A stretch of 30,824 bases of DNA from Candidatus Omnitrophota bacterium (GTDB lineage Bacteria > Omnitrophota > Gorgyraeia > Gorgyraeales > Gorgyraeaceae): positions 1-30,824 of the forward strand of contig JAPLMC010000036.1 of NCBI GenBank assembly GCA_026387215.1. Reading direction: 5' to 3'. The notes beneath the pieces are model-generated. The model saw nothing but the letters and a program-made list of their open reading frames with translations. It did no database searches and had not been told where the DNA came from. The number at the start of each line of letters is the position of its first letter. Positions within the stretch are counted from its first letter, which is position 1. Positions 18,833 through 27,950 of the stretch are shown one piece after another. Both the position numbers and the translations under genes were made by a program.

Positions 18833-20073
18833 GCGAGTTCCTGACAAAGTATAAAGCTCTAATTATATTTCTGATCCTCGCAATAAGTCTTGCTAGCTGT
18901 AATAAACCAACCTACCCTACTGGCAAAATAGAAGAATCTGTATTAAAACTCTGTAAAGACGAATATAAGCTCAATAACGTAGAAGTAAAAATCGTAGGTT
19001 CTACGCTAGGCGTATATATTCCTGTAGAAGGCCTGATTGATCCTGATTTAAAATTAAACGAAAAAGCCAGTAAAAAAATAGAAGGTGTAGCCCTTTCTAT
19101 TCATCGCGTAGTCACTAGTACGGATATGAATTTAAAATTCTATATTCTCACAGCTAGAGACACGCAAACTACAGGCGCAGAATTTATAATTATAGGATTT
19201 GTATACGATGTTGTAAGGGTTAGGCTCTTTGATATATCAAGAGGAGAATATTTCCAGAGAATACTCAGGGAATTCAGATTCAATCCTGCTATAGCTGGGG
19301 AACAAAAAGCAAAAGAGCTATTCGATATCTTAAATCAGAACGCTCCTATGGCAGAAAGCTTAAAGCCGATATTTTATCCTATATATGTCATAGGTAAAAC
19401 TGGCTCACAGAAAATAGAGATAACCAATATAGAATCAAAAGAATTATCAGACCATGAATCTCTTCTTTATGTAAAAACTATAGAAAAATATGAGATTTCT
19501 CCTGGATTCGAAGCTTACGCAGCGATATTCCCATCTGGATTCAAAAACGAATATCTGTTTCTTATAGATATATCTTTACTTATAAGTCCTGTTAAAGAAA
19601 TTGTATCAAAATATTTTTACTCAAATAATGAGATAAGGCAAAGAAACCTTGAAGAAACTTTTAAACAATATAAAGATTTTGGCATTATAGGCGCAGATGG
19701 TTTCCCAAGTAGAGATTTGGACCTTGGATGGTTTTTAAGTCGGCAAATTTCGAAAAGAATAAATTCTATTTTTTTAGAAAATAATGAATTAAAAAATAAA
19801 TTTACAGTTACCTCAAGTCAGGGTGATATAAAAGACAGGGTTTTCGAATTTAAATTCAATATAACTTCAAATAATAATCAGGCTGATGATAAAAGTATCA
19901 TATTTGGCAATATAATAAAAATGGCAGGAACAGTCCTTCATCTTTACGCATTTGAAGAATATAAAGGCATTGAGTTTATAAGTACTTCCGAAGGGGAGAA
20001 AAAAATATATCTTTCAAAAGAAGATTTAGAAAGATTTAGAAAAAATGAAATAAAAATAGACAGCCTAATCTAA
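18829..20073 (+). CDS. Hypothetical lipoprotein
   Basis: Signal peptide with LASC lipobox; ATGA overlap with ftsH; 414 aa. Confidence 0.75.
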   Translation: MSEFLTKYKALIIFLILAISLASCNKPTYPTGKIEESVLKLCKDEYKLNNVEVKIVGSTLGVYIPVEGLIDPDLKLNEKASKKIEGVALSIHRVVTSTDMNLKFYILTARDTQTTGAEFIIIGFVYDVVRVRLFDISRGEYFQRILREFRFNPAIAGEQKAKELFDILNQNAPMAESLKPIFYPIYVIGKTGSQKIEITNIESKELSDHESLLYVKTIEKYEISPGFEAYAAIFPSGFKNEYLFLIDISLLISPVKEIVSKYFYSNNEIRQRNLEETFKQYKDFGIIGADGFPSRDLDLGWFLSRQISKRINSIFLENNELKNKFTVTSSQGDIKDRVFEFKFNITSNNNQADDKSIIFGNIIKMAGTVLHLYAFEEYKGIEFISTSEGEKKIYLSKEDLERFRKNEIKIDSLI

Positions 20074-20679
20074 TATCCTTATCCTTCTTCCTTCTATCTT
20101 TAATTTTCCATCTACAAATAATTGAATCGCCCTGGGATAGATTTTATGCTCTTCTTCATGAACAGCCTCTGCAAGAGTCTCTTCCGTGTCATCTTCAGTT
20201 ACCTTGACGCTCGACTGCAATATGACAGGGCCTGAGTCCATATCCTTGGTAACAAAATGCACCGTAGTTCCGGTAAGTTTTACGCCATATTCAAACGCGT
20301 CCTTTATCCCCTGAGTGCCTTTAAAGGACGGAAGAAGCGCAGGATGTATATTTAAGATTTTATTTTCATAAGCTGCTATAAAATCTTCGGATAGCATACG
20401 CATATAACCTGCCAAAACTATAAGCCCTATATCTTCTTTCTTAAGGGCTTTTAAAAATTCCGCTTCAAAATCTTTTTTTGTTTTAAAATTTTTTCTTTCA
20501 ACTACAAGTATATTTATACCTATATTTATACCCGCATTTTTTGCCCTGGTAAGAGCGCAGCAACCAGGCACATCTGAAACAACTAGTTTAATCTCCGCTT
20601 TTATATGGCCTTTTTTCTGGCTGTTTATTATAGCCTGCAAGTTTGTACCGTTACCGGAACAAAAAATCGCTATATTCAT
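20065..20679 (-). CDS. purN: Phosphoribosylglycinamide formyltransferase
   Basis: SGNGTNLQA, LAGYMR, LNIHPALLP, HFVT..MDSGP, EEHKIYP motifs. Confidence 0.96.
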   Translation of the reverse strand: MNIAIFCSGNGTNLQAIINSQKKGHIKAEIKLVVSDVPGCCALTRAKNAGINIGINILVVERKNFKTKKDFEAEFLKALKKEDIGLIVLAGYMRMLSEDFIAAYENKILNIHPALLPSFKGTQGIKDAFEYGVKLTGTTVHFVTKDMDSGPVILQSSVKVTEDDTEETLAEAVHEEEHKIYPRAIQLFVDGKLKIEGRRIRILD

Positions 20680-21005
20680 ACAAAAACCTCATCTATCTTC
20701 TTTAAAATATCTCTTTTAGAAGCAGCACCTACGATTCTAGCCACCTCTTCACCCTTACTGAAAAATATAAGCGTAGGTATATTCATAACGCTGAGATTAG
20801 TTGCTACATCCATAGCGTCGTCTATATTAAGCTTCGCTATCTTATATTTACCTTTATATTCGTTCGCTATTTCTTCTATTGTAGGCGCCAACATTTTGCA
20901 CGGCATACACCACGTAGCCCAAAAATCCACAATTACAGGTTTATCTGACTTTAATACAACTTCTTTAAAAATATCATCACTTAACTCCAGAACATTTCCT
21001 GCCAT
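20676..21005 (-). CDS. trxA: Thioredoxin (WCMPC)
   Basis: VDFWATWCMPCK, IPTL. Start re-called to ATG 21005 behind GGAGG. Confidence 0.93.
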   Translation of the reverse strand: MAGNVLELSDDIFKEVVLKSDKPVIVDFWATWCMPCKMLAPTIEEIANEYKGKYKIAKLNIDDAMDVATNLSVMNIPTLIFFSKGEEVARIVGAASKRDILKKIDEVFV

Positions 21006-21013
21006 ATTGCCTC

Positions 21014-21079
21014 CCAAATTTTGTGCAACAAAATTTAACCCCAAGAGCTACACTGTCTTTACATAAAGTCGCAAGGGAC
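21014..21079 (+). repeat. Two-hairpin repeat, copy H (fills the rnfB-trxA spacer; CAAG/CAAG variant)
   Basis: CCA AATTTTGT GCA ACAAAATT TA ACCCCAAG AGCTAC ACTGTCTTTACATAAA GTCG CAAGGGAC. Confidence 0.75.
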
Positions 21080-21082
21080 ATT

Positions 21083-21868
21083 CTACTCTCTTGCAATACA
21101 TTTAGTCGGACACTTTTCAATAACTGCCTGCCATGGCGTATCTGATTTTGCTTTAGTATAATCTGCTTTCGAGAGATTGTTTTCCACTATAAATGCGCCT
21201 ACAGAAAGCTTTTCGCAAATCTTACAGCCAATACAACCAACCGGACATATAGATTTTACCACCACTGCCTTATCCTGCGAAAGACATTTTACATAAATCT
21301 TATGATCAGCGTTTTCTAAAATAATTATTTTTTTCGGGCAAGTTTTTACGCATTTGCCGCAAGCAGTACATTTGGAACCATTAACTACTGGAATATTATT
21401 TTCGTTTAAACGAATTGCATCAAAAGGGCATATTGATACACAGTCTCCAAAACCAAGGCAGCCGAATCTGCATTCTTTGTTTCCGCCAGCCAGTAAACTT
21501 ACTCCGGCACATTTTTTTAATCCGCTATATTCATATTTATCTGAAGATCTTTTACCTCCATTACATCTTATTCGCGCTATTTTTTTCTTTTTTACTTTTA
21601 CTTCCGCCCCCAGAATTTCCGCTATTCTATTGTAAACTTCCTGTCCGCCAGGCGCGCAAGATGTGATTTCGGATTTTCCGTTTACTATCGCTTCCGCTAA
21701 ACTAGCGCATCCTGCCATACCACAGGCCCCGCAATTCGCGCCAGGAAGAGCATGTATTACCCTGTCTATCTTAGGGTCTATCTCCACCCTGAAAATATTT
21801 GAGGCGTATGCAAGCCCCAGGCCGAATAAAAGCCCCATTAATGACATTGTTAAAATAGGTATTAACAT
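21083..21868 (-). CDS. rnfB: Rnf complex subunit B
   Basis: LPGANCGACGMAGC, CRFGCLGFGDC, CTACGKC ferredoxin motifs. Confidence 0.95.
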   Translation of the reverse strand: MLIPILTMSLMGLLFGLGLAYASNIFRVEIDPKIDRVIHALPGANCGACGMAGCASLAEAIVNGKSEITSCAPGGQEVYNRIAEILGAEVKVKKKKIARIRCNGGKRSSDKYEYSGLKKCAGVSLLAGGNKECRFGCLGFGDCVSICPFDAIRLNENNIPVVNGSKCTACGKCVKTCPKKIIILENADHKIYVKCLSQDKAVVVKSICPVGCIGCKICEKLSVGAFIVENNLSKADYTKAKSDTPWQAVIEKCPTKCIARE

Positions 21869-21871
21869 AGG

Positions 21872-22480
21872 TTAAAATCTGAATCCTGAGAATCCCATAA
21901 ATGCCATTGACATTAAAGATGCAATTATAAAAGAAATAGGCGCATCCTTAAAAGATTTTGGTACATCACAGAGTTCAAGCCTCTCTCTTATCCCTGACAT
22001 GAATAACATTACAAGTATATAACCCAATCCCACGCAAAAACCCTGCAGGGCTGATAACGTAAAACTAGTTAAGGTGTTAAGTCCAGGTTTAAAAAACATC
22101 TCGCTATTCAAAACAGCTACGCCAAGCACTGCGCAATTGACAGTAATAAGAGGAAGATATATGCCTAGAGTCCTATAAAGCGCCTGGCTGAATTTTTTTA
22201 TGACCATCTCTACAAGCTGCACAAATGAGGCAATAACCAGAATAAATGAAATTGTCCTTAAGTATTCTATATGACAAGGGACCAGTATAAAGTTATAAAT
22301 AGCCCAAGTAATTATAGAAGCGCAGGTAGTTACAAAGGTAACTGAAACTCCCATATAAAGAGCAGGCTTAGTTTCTTTTGAAATGCCTATAAACGAACAA
22401 AGCCCCAGGAACTTGGATAGGATAAAATTATTTATAAAGATTGCACCAATTATAACCGATAAAAACATTGAAAGATCCAT
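21872..22480 (-). CDS. rnfA: Rnf complex subunit A
   Basis: NNFILSKFLGLC, YLPLITVNCAVLG, IRERL motifs. Confidence 0.95.
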   Translation of the reverse strand: MDLSMFLSVIIGAIFINNFILSKFLGLCSFIGISKETKPALYMGVSVTFVTTCASIITWAIYNFILVPCHIEYLRTISFILVIASFVQLVEMVIKKFSQALYRTLGIYLPLITVNCAVLGVAVLNSEMFFKPGLNTLTSFTLSALQGFCVGLGYILVMLFMSGIRERLELCDVPKSFKDAPISFIIASLMSMAFMGFSGFRF

Positions 22481-23079
22481 TATGTAGTGCTCCTTTTCCT
22501 GGCCAGGAAATTAATGCCACCTATTAATAACCCTATTACTAAAAGCGCACCCGGAGCCAAAACCAGATACAAAACAGGCTCATAGCTCTTTACAATTAAA
22601 AGTCCGAAAAGAGTGCCATTCCCAAAGATCTCTCTTATAGCTGATATAAGCAAAAGAGCTAATGTAAAACCAATTCCCATACCTAATGCATCCAGCAATG
22701 AACTAAAAACGCCTTCCTTGCACGCAAATGCTTCTGCCCTTCCAAGCACAATACAATTCACTACTATAAGTGGTACAAATATGCCAAGAGATTTTGAAAG
22801 TTCAGGCGCGTAAGCCTTCATCATAAGTTCTACAATTGTAACAAACGTAGCTATTATTACGATAAAGCACGGGATTCTAATCTGGTCAGGTATGGATTTC
22901 CTAACTAAAGATATAATAACATTTGAACCTATCAAAACAAAAGTAGCGGCAACCCCCATTCCAAGACCGTTTACAACGCTAGTAGAAACCGCAAGCGTAG
23001 GACAAAGTCCGAGAACAAGGCGAAACGTGGGATTTTCGCTGCCTATGCCTTTAAAAAACTCTTTAAGCAATTTCTTCAT
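22480..23079 (-). CDS. rnfE: Rnf complex subunit E
   Basis: ENPTFRLVLGLCPTLAV, PLIVVNCIVLGRAEAFA motifs. Confidence 0.95.
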   Translation of the reverse strand: MKKLLKEFFKGIGSENPTFRLVLGLCPTLAVSTSVVNGLGMGVAATFVLIGSNVIISLVRKSIPDQIRIPCFIVIIATFVTIVELMMKAYAPELSKSLGIFVPLIVVNCIVLGRAEAFACKEGVFSSLLDALGMGIGFTLALLLISAIREIFGNGTLFGLLIVKSYEPVLYLVLAPGALLVIGLLIGGINFLARKRSTT

Positions 23080-24014
23080 TTTTTTATAAACCCATATTTT
23101 TGGGTTTTTGTAAACCTATCTATTATAGGCACAGCTGCATTCATAAATAATATTGCGTAGCAAACGCCTTCGGGATAGCTCCCTCTCAATCTTATGATAG
23201 CGGTCAATATACCACAGCCTATACCAAAAACAATCTTACCTTTTTTCGTAAGAGGCGAAGTCACATAATCAGTTGCCATAAAAAAAGCTCCAAGGATAAG
23301 CCCCCCCGCCATTATATTAAAAATAAAATCCCCTTTAAAAAATCCATCTTTTCCAAATACCCAGGTGATAACTCCAACTGTGCCTATAAAACTTAAAGGT
23401 ATGTGTAGGGAAATTATTTTCGTAATCAATAAAAATAGCGCCCCTATAATTAGTGCTATCACACAAACTTCGCCTAAAGAGCCTGCTCTATTCCCAAGAA
23501 ATAAATCCATATAACTAAAGTGCGCGCTTGTTTCTTTAGCCAAAGGCGTTGCACTGGATACTGCATCAGGCCACCATCTTGGATTTTTCCATGTAGTCAT
23601 ATAAACAGGCCATGAGATTTGTAAAAATGCCCTTCCCACAAGAGCTGGGTTAAATATATTCTGGCCTAATCCTCCGAAAATCTGTTTTCCTAAAGCAATA
23701 CTTACAACGCCTCCTACAACAGGTATCCAGAAAGGTATCTGGGGTGGAAGATTATATGCTAGAAGCAACCCTGTTAATATAGCGCTTCCATCCAAAACTG
23801 TTTTAGGGTTTCTATTTCTGAATTTCAAAAATAAAGCTTCTGTGAAAACACAGGAAAGAACAGATAAAATCATCACATTCAGGCTTGATATGCCAAATAT
23901 ATAGATACCTGCTATGCCTGCTGGCACAAGAGACCACACTACAGCCCACATGATATTTTTCGTAGTCTGATTTGATTTAATATGCGGACTTTGGGAAACA
24001 GTAAGTTTATTCAT
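23076..24014 (-). CDS. rnfD: Rnf complex subunit D
   Basis: SPH start, KQIFGGLGQNIFNPA, DAVSSATPL (FMN-Thr), FMATD, YPEGV motifs. Confidence 0.95.
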   Translation of the reverse strand: MNKLTVSQSPHIKSNQTTKNIMWAVVWSLVPAGIAGIYIFGISSLNVMILSVLSCVFTEALFLKFRNRNPKTVLDGSAILTGLLLAYNLPPQIPFWIPVVGGVVSIALGKQIFGGLGQNIFNPALVGRAFLQISWPVYMTTWKNPRWWPDAVSSATPLAKETSAHFSYMDLFLGNRAGSLGEVCVIALIIGALFLLITKIISLHIPLSFIGTVGVITWVFGKDGFFKGDFIFNIMAGGLILGAFFMATDYVTSPLTKKGKIVFGIGCGILTAIIRLRGSYPEGVCYAILFMNAAVPIIDRFTKTQKYGFIKK

Positions 24015-24624
24015 CGCGATTATTTAATATTTCCAATCCACTTGATTTTATAGAATCCAGCACTGCTCTGGATGATATAGTAGCGCCTGTAATTGCTTGA
24101 ATTCCGCCATTAGATAATTCCAACTCTTTTACATTCCTGTTTGTGAATTGTTCTGTAAAATACGGGGATAGTATTTCTTTGGGATGTTTTTCTTTTATAA
24201 ATATTTCTCTCAAAGAACTAAACAATGTCCTGGTAGAAACAATCTCTATGATTTTAGCACCAAGGCCTGGGGTTTCATTCTGAGAAAGAACTCTCACGCC
24301 TGTAATAGTCCCGTCTTTTCTGATCCCTACCATTATTTCTATTACACTCGAGTATCCGTACTTTTTAGCAATATATATATAACCCTGTGGTTCTGGGTTA
24401 TCTCCCTTTAATACTTTCCAATATTTTATTGTATCGCTTTCCTTAACAAGCTCTATCTTATTTCCTATTGTTTCTGGCATTACTTGCTTAAGAGCTTCTT
24501 CTTGAATCATGCTTTCTTGTTTTTGTATCTTAGATTTAGTAAGATTATAAGTTCCTGCTAGAATCGTAGCAGCTATTAAATTTACAAAAAATAAAATAAA
24601 CGCAAATTTTAAAATAATCTTCAT
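24007..24624 (-). CDS. rnfG: Rnf complex subunit G
   Basis: One TM, ETPGLG, IQAITGATISS FMN-attachment motif. Confidence 0.92.
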   Translation of the reverse strand: MKIILKFAFILFFVNLIAATILAGTYNLTKSKIQKQESMIQEEALKQVMPETIGNKIELVKESDTIKYWKVLKGDNPEPQGYIYIAKKYGYSSVIEIMVGIRKDGTITGVRVLSQNETPGLGAKIIEIVSTRTLFSSLREIFIKEKHPKEILSPYFTEQFTNRNVKELELSNGGIQAITGATISSRAVLDSIKSSGLEILNNRDE

Positions 24625-24642
24625 TGCCTTATATATTCAAGA

Positions 24643-25959
24643 CTAAGCCTTGATCTTCACTTTTGCAAGCTTTATAAGCTGCACAAGAGGTATATTAGAC
24701 GGACATACAAAACTGCAAGAACCGCATTCAATGCAGTCAAAAGGATCATATGAACTTGCTATATCAAACTTCGCTTTTTTAGAGCTAAGCCCTATCATGC
24801 AAGGCATAAGCCCTACAGGGCATGCTTCAATACATCTGGAGCACCTGATACATTCAAGCTCTTTTTCTTCAAGTTTGAATTTTTTATCCAGAACAAGTAT
24901 GCCTGATGTACCTTTAATAATAGGCGCTTTCGAGTTACTCTGCGCCACTCCTGTCATTGGTCCGCCCATTACAATCTTATAAATATCGAGTTTTGGATTT
25001 AGGCCGCAATAGTCCAGGATATCTTTTATAGGAGTACCTATCCTAACTAAGATATTTTTTGCTATATTGGGAAAACCGCCTGATATGGTTATAACTCTTT
25101 CGTATAAAGGTTTTCTTAAATAAATCGCTTCATAAATAGCAAAAATTGTCTGCACGTTAATTACCACAATTCCTATATCAAGAGGTAGCCCACCTGAAGG
25201 AACCTCTTTGTTCAATAAAGTTTTTATGAGCTGTTTCTCCCCTCCCTGCGGATATTTGGTCTTTAAGCTTACTACTTTCGGTTTTAAATCATCGGCTTTC
25301 ATCCTGAATACCACGCTCTTTATGCTTTCTATTGCATCTAGCTTATTTTCCTCTATGCCTATGATGATATTTTTAACTCCTAAAACATTTGCTACCAATT
25401 GAACGCCCAGAATTATTTCTTTTGATTTTTCAAGCATCAAGCGATGGTCGCAAGTAAGAAAAGGCTCACATTCTGCGCCATTTATAATAAGTGAGATTAT
25501 TTTCTTAGCAGGTGGAGGGTTCAATTTTACTAACGTTGGAAACGCAGCGCCTCCCAAACCTACAATACCTGCTTCTTTTATTAAAGTCATTATCTCCTCT
25601 TTTGACAAAGCTGAAATATCTTTGGCGGAAACTGAATTTAAATATGCTTTTGTATCCAGGCCATCTGACTCTATGATGATTGCTCTGGATAAACCTATTA
25701 TAGGGTGGGGGCTATCTTCGATTGTAACGACTTTGCCGGAAATGCTTGAATGCAGATTGCTGGATATAAACCCTTTTGCCTGAGCTATTAAAGAGCCTGT
25801 CTTAACGCTGTCTCCTACGCTAACTACAGGCTCTGAAGGAGCTCCTGTATGCTGAGATAGGAGCAATATTGCCTTTTTGGGCGGCAGAGCTGTTTCTATT
25901 TTCTTATTTTTTGTAATATCTTTATAATCAGGGGGGTGTATGAAATTTACGCTAGCCAT
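24643..25959 (-). CDS. rnfC: Rnf complex subunit C
   Basis: GIVGLGGAAFPT, NGAECEPFLTCD, YPQGGEKQLI, CIRCSRC and CIECGSC. Confidence 0.96.
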   Translation of the reverse strand: MASVNFIHPPDYKDITKNKKIETALPPKKAILLLSQHTGAPSEPVVSVGDSVKTGSLIAQAKGFISSNLHSSISGKVVTIEDSPHPIIGLSRAIIIESDGLDTKAYLNSVSAKDISALSKEEIMTLIKEAGIVGLGGAAFPTLVKLNPPPAKKIISLIINGAECEPFLTCDHRLMLEKSKEIILGVQLVANVLGVKNIIIGIEENKLDAIESIKSVVFRMKADDLKPKVVSLKTKYPQGGEKQLIKTLLNKEVPSGGLPLDIGIVVINVQTIFAIYEAIYLRKPLYERVITISGGFPNIAKNILVRIGTPIKDILDYCGLNPKLDIYKIVMGGPMTGVAQSNSKAPIIKGTSGILVLDKKFKLEEKELECIRCSRCIEACPVGLMPCMIGLSSKKAKFDIASSYDPFDCIECGSCSFVCPSNIPLVQLIKLAKVKIKA

Positions 25960-25967
25960 ATTATTTA

Positions 25968-26018
25968 ATTATACAGAAAAGCTGGTTTCTTGACAACCTT
26001 TTTAAGTTAGGGTATACT
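25968..26018. promoter_or_regulatory. Overlapping divergent sigma70 promoters (rnf / Cys-rich gene)
   Basis: Minus: TTGTCA(25991-96)-17-TATAAT(25968-73). Plus: TTGACA(25990-95)-17-TATACT(26013-18). The -35 boxes overlap. Confidence 0.75.
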
Positions 26019-26037
26019 TATGGTACAGGAGAATAAA

Positions 26038-26205
26038 ATGAGCATTGACAATTTCGGAAAATGTTGCACAGATTGTCAGATTTATTGGACATGCGAAACC
26101 AAGTGGTACAGAGGCGAGCGGCATGAAGATGACGCATGCTGCTCTACCTGCAATTACTATTCAAAATGTACCGAATCCAACAAATCCAAAAAGAAACAGA
26201 AATAA
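26038..26205 (+). CDS. 55-aa Cys-rich protein with two CCxxCxxYxxC repeats
   Basis: Own promoter, AGGAG RBS, ATG at 26038; KCCTDCQIYWTC and ACCSTCNYYSKC. Confidence 0.8.
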   Translation: MSIDNFGKCCTDCQIYWTCETKWYRGERHEDDACCSTCNYYSKCTESNKSKKKQK

Positions 26206-26213
26206 CTACCCTT

Positions 26214-27467
26214 CTAAACTTTTTCCTCTTCGTTTCCTAACCTTATTAATTTTATCAAACCTATAATAGAAAATAAAATCCCTGTTGTTATAAGGACCCA
26301 ATCTCCGCCTATCTTCTCAGCTATAAGAGACGCAAGAAACATAAATAAAAGAAATCCTACATGCATCACTATCTCGAGAGAACTAAAAATCCTCCCTCTC
26401 ATTTCATCATGCGTTACCTCATGAAGCAGAGTGTTGGAAGATACGATTATGGGGGCGCTAAAAATTCCAAGTACTATTGATAATAGGCCGGCTATAAAAA
26501 AAGAAGGTATAAATTTTAGGCATATAGTAAATAGCACTATCGTTAATCCTGTAGTTAATAGCCCAAAATTGATTACCTTTCTCTTTGAAAACTTTGATCC
26601 AAACTTCCCGTATATAATGGAGCCCAGAAATAACCCTACTCCTAAAAACATCACAAGCAACCCGAGATGCTTAGTAGATGATTGTAGCGCTTTCTGTATA
26701 AAAACTATTATCACTATGTAAATAGAGCCAACCCCTGCCATAATAAGAAACATTGTGTTTGCAACCATTCTTATGTCTTTATGACCTTTCAAATACTCAA
26801 TGCCCTCTTTTATATCTCCAACAATAGTTCTCCTGGAGATATCTGTAAGCTTCGTGCTGGCTCCGCTCAGCTCTATATTTTCTTTTAATTTAACTGCTAC
26901 AAAAAATACCAGTATTGCGGATATAAAATAACTTGCTGAGTCTATATAAAATCCTGCCTGAGGCCCAAACACAGCAACTATTATTCCGCTAAACCCAAAG
27001 CTAACTATCGTAGCAATCATCATAGTTGTAGAGGATAGCGAATTCGCTAAAAGAAGTTTATCTTTATGGACAATATCTGGAATTATAGATAGTTTTGAAG
27101 GTACAAAAAATCTTGTTACAGAAAAAATTATAAATACGATTATGTATATTGGAACCATGCTAGTGGAGTATTTAACAATCAAGGGAATCGTAAGTACCAG
27201 CAAGCCTCTTATGATGTCACAAGCAATCATAGTAGTTCTCCTATTCCATCTATCCACATATATGCCTGCTATAGGACCTATAATAAATACCGGGATTATT
27301 GTAAAGGAGAGAAGCTTTGCCAACTCTATTGTAGAGCCAGGAGTGCGGATATAAATAAGCCCTATCAAAGCCATTTGGTTCAGTCTGTCTCCAAAATTTG
27401 AAACTATTTGGGCAAACCATAGGAGAAAAAAATTTTTATTTTTTAAAAGTTCTCGGACGTGGGCCAT
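26214..27467 (-). CDS. MFS transporter (12 TM, DHA3/MFS_3-like)
   Basis: NFFLLWFAQIVSNFGD, GIYVDRWNRR motif A, 12 hydrophobic segments. Confidence 0.9.
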   Translation of the reverse strand: MAHVRELLKNKNFFLLWFAQIVSNFGDRLNQMALIGLIYIRTPGSTIELAKLLSFTIIPVFIIGPIAGIYVDRWNRRTTMIACDIIRGLLVLTIPLIVKYSTSMVPIYIIVFIIFSVTRFFVPSKLSIIPDIVHKDKLLLANSLSSTTMMIATIVSFGFSGIIVAVFGPQAGFYIDSASYFISAILVFFVAVKLKENIELSGASTKLTDISRRTIVGDIKEGIEYLKGHKDIRMVANTMFLIMAGVGSIYIVIIVFIQKALQSSTKHLGLLVMFLGVGLFLGSIIYGKFGSKFSKRKVINFGLLTTGLTIVLFTICLKFIPSFFIAGLLSIVLGIFSAPIIVSSNTLLHEVTHDEMRGRIFSSLEIVMHVGFLLFMFLASLIAEKIGGDWVLITTGILFSIIGLIKLIRLGNEEEKV

Positions 27468-27512
27468 TAAAATTAACCTTTTTCTAAAACCTAGATAGTT
27501 GAAATAGTTAAC

Positions 27513-27579
27513 ACCCCTTGCAGCATAATAGAAAAGACAAGGGCTACTCGGGACTCATTCTGCCTATTCGGCAGAATTT
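27513..27579 (-). repeat. Two-hairpin CGAG repeat, copy F (follows the duplicated tRNA-Thr 3' end)
   Basis: AAATTCTGCC GAATA GGCAGAAT GA GTCCCGAG TAGC CCTTGTCTTTTCTATTAT GCTG CAAGGGGT. Confidence 0.8.
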
Positions 27580-27600
27580 TGGAACCGATGAGTGGATTTG
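27580..27600 (-). repeat. Duplicated 3' end of tRNA-Thr (att-like direct repeat)
   Basis: CAAATCCACTCATCGGTTCCA matches tRNA-Thr 27794-27814 (CAAATCCACTCATCGGCTCCA) at 20/21 nt. Confidence 0.85.
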
Positions 27601-27604
27601 CGAA

Positions 27605-27665
27605 CCCAGCCGTAAGGTTGGGCGAGTCTCGAGCGGCAATATTTTTACTTTGCGCCGCGAGGGAA
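27605..27665 (+). repeat. Two-hairpin CGAG repeat, copy E
   Basis: CCCAGCC GTAA GGTTGGG CGA GTCTCGAG CGGC AATATTTTTACTTTGC GCCG CGAGGGAA. Confidence 0.75.
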
Positions 27666-27730
27666 ACCGCCGATTAAGCAAATACTTAAACAGCTCTCAT
27701 TTGTATTTAATACAAAGTTGCTCATCAGTA

Positions 27731-27793
27731 TTCCCTCGCAACTACATGCAAAATCATAGTTGCTCGGGATCAAATTTTACTTTGTAAAATTTG
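27731..27793 (-). repeat. Two-hairpin CGAG repeat, copy D (directly 3' of tRNA-Thr)
   Basis: CA AATTTTAC AAA GTAAAATT TG ATCCCGAG CAAC TATGATTTTGCATGTA GTTG CGAGGGAA. Confidence 0.9.
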
Positions 27794-27869
27794 TGGAGCC
27801 GATGAGTGGATTTGAACCACCGACCTGAGCTTTACGAAAGCACTGCTCTACCAACTGAGCTACATCGGC
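27794..27869 (-). tRNA. tRNA-Thr(CGT)
   Basis: GCCGATG acceptor, anticodon loop TTCGTAA, GGTTCAAATCC, encoded CCA; 76 nt. Confidence 0.95.
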
Positions 27870-27950
27870 ATGTATTGTATTTTCAATGTGTTACGATAAA
27901 TATCAATTCTGTAATAATTTGATTAGTAACGGTATTGTGCACGATATTTA

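Noticed and set aside
27518-27787. Plus-strand 89-aa ORF across the micro-island
   Set aside because: Made of repeat copies and the tRNA fragment; no RBS or motifs.
27513-27793. CRISPR array
   Set aside because: The repeats are divergent, in mixed orientation and irregularly spaced, with no cas genes.
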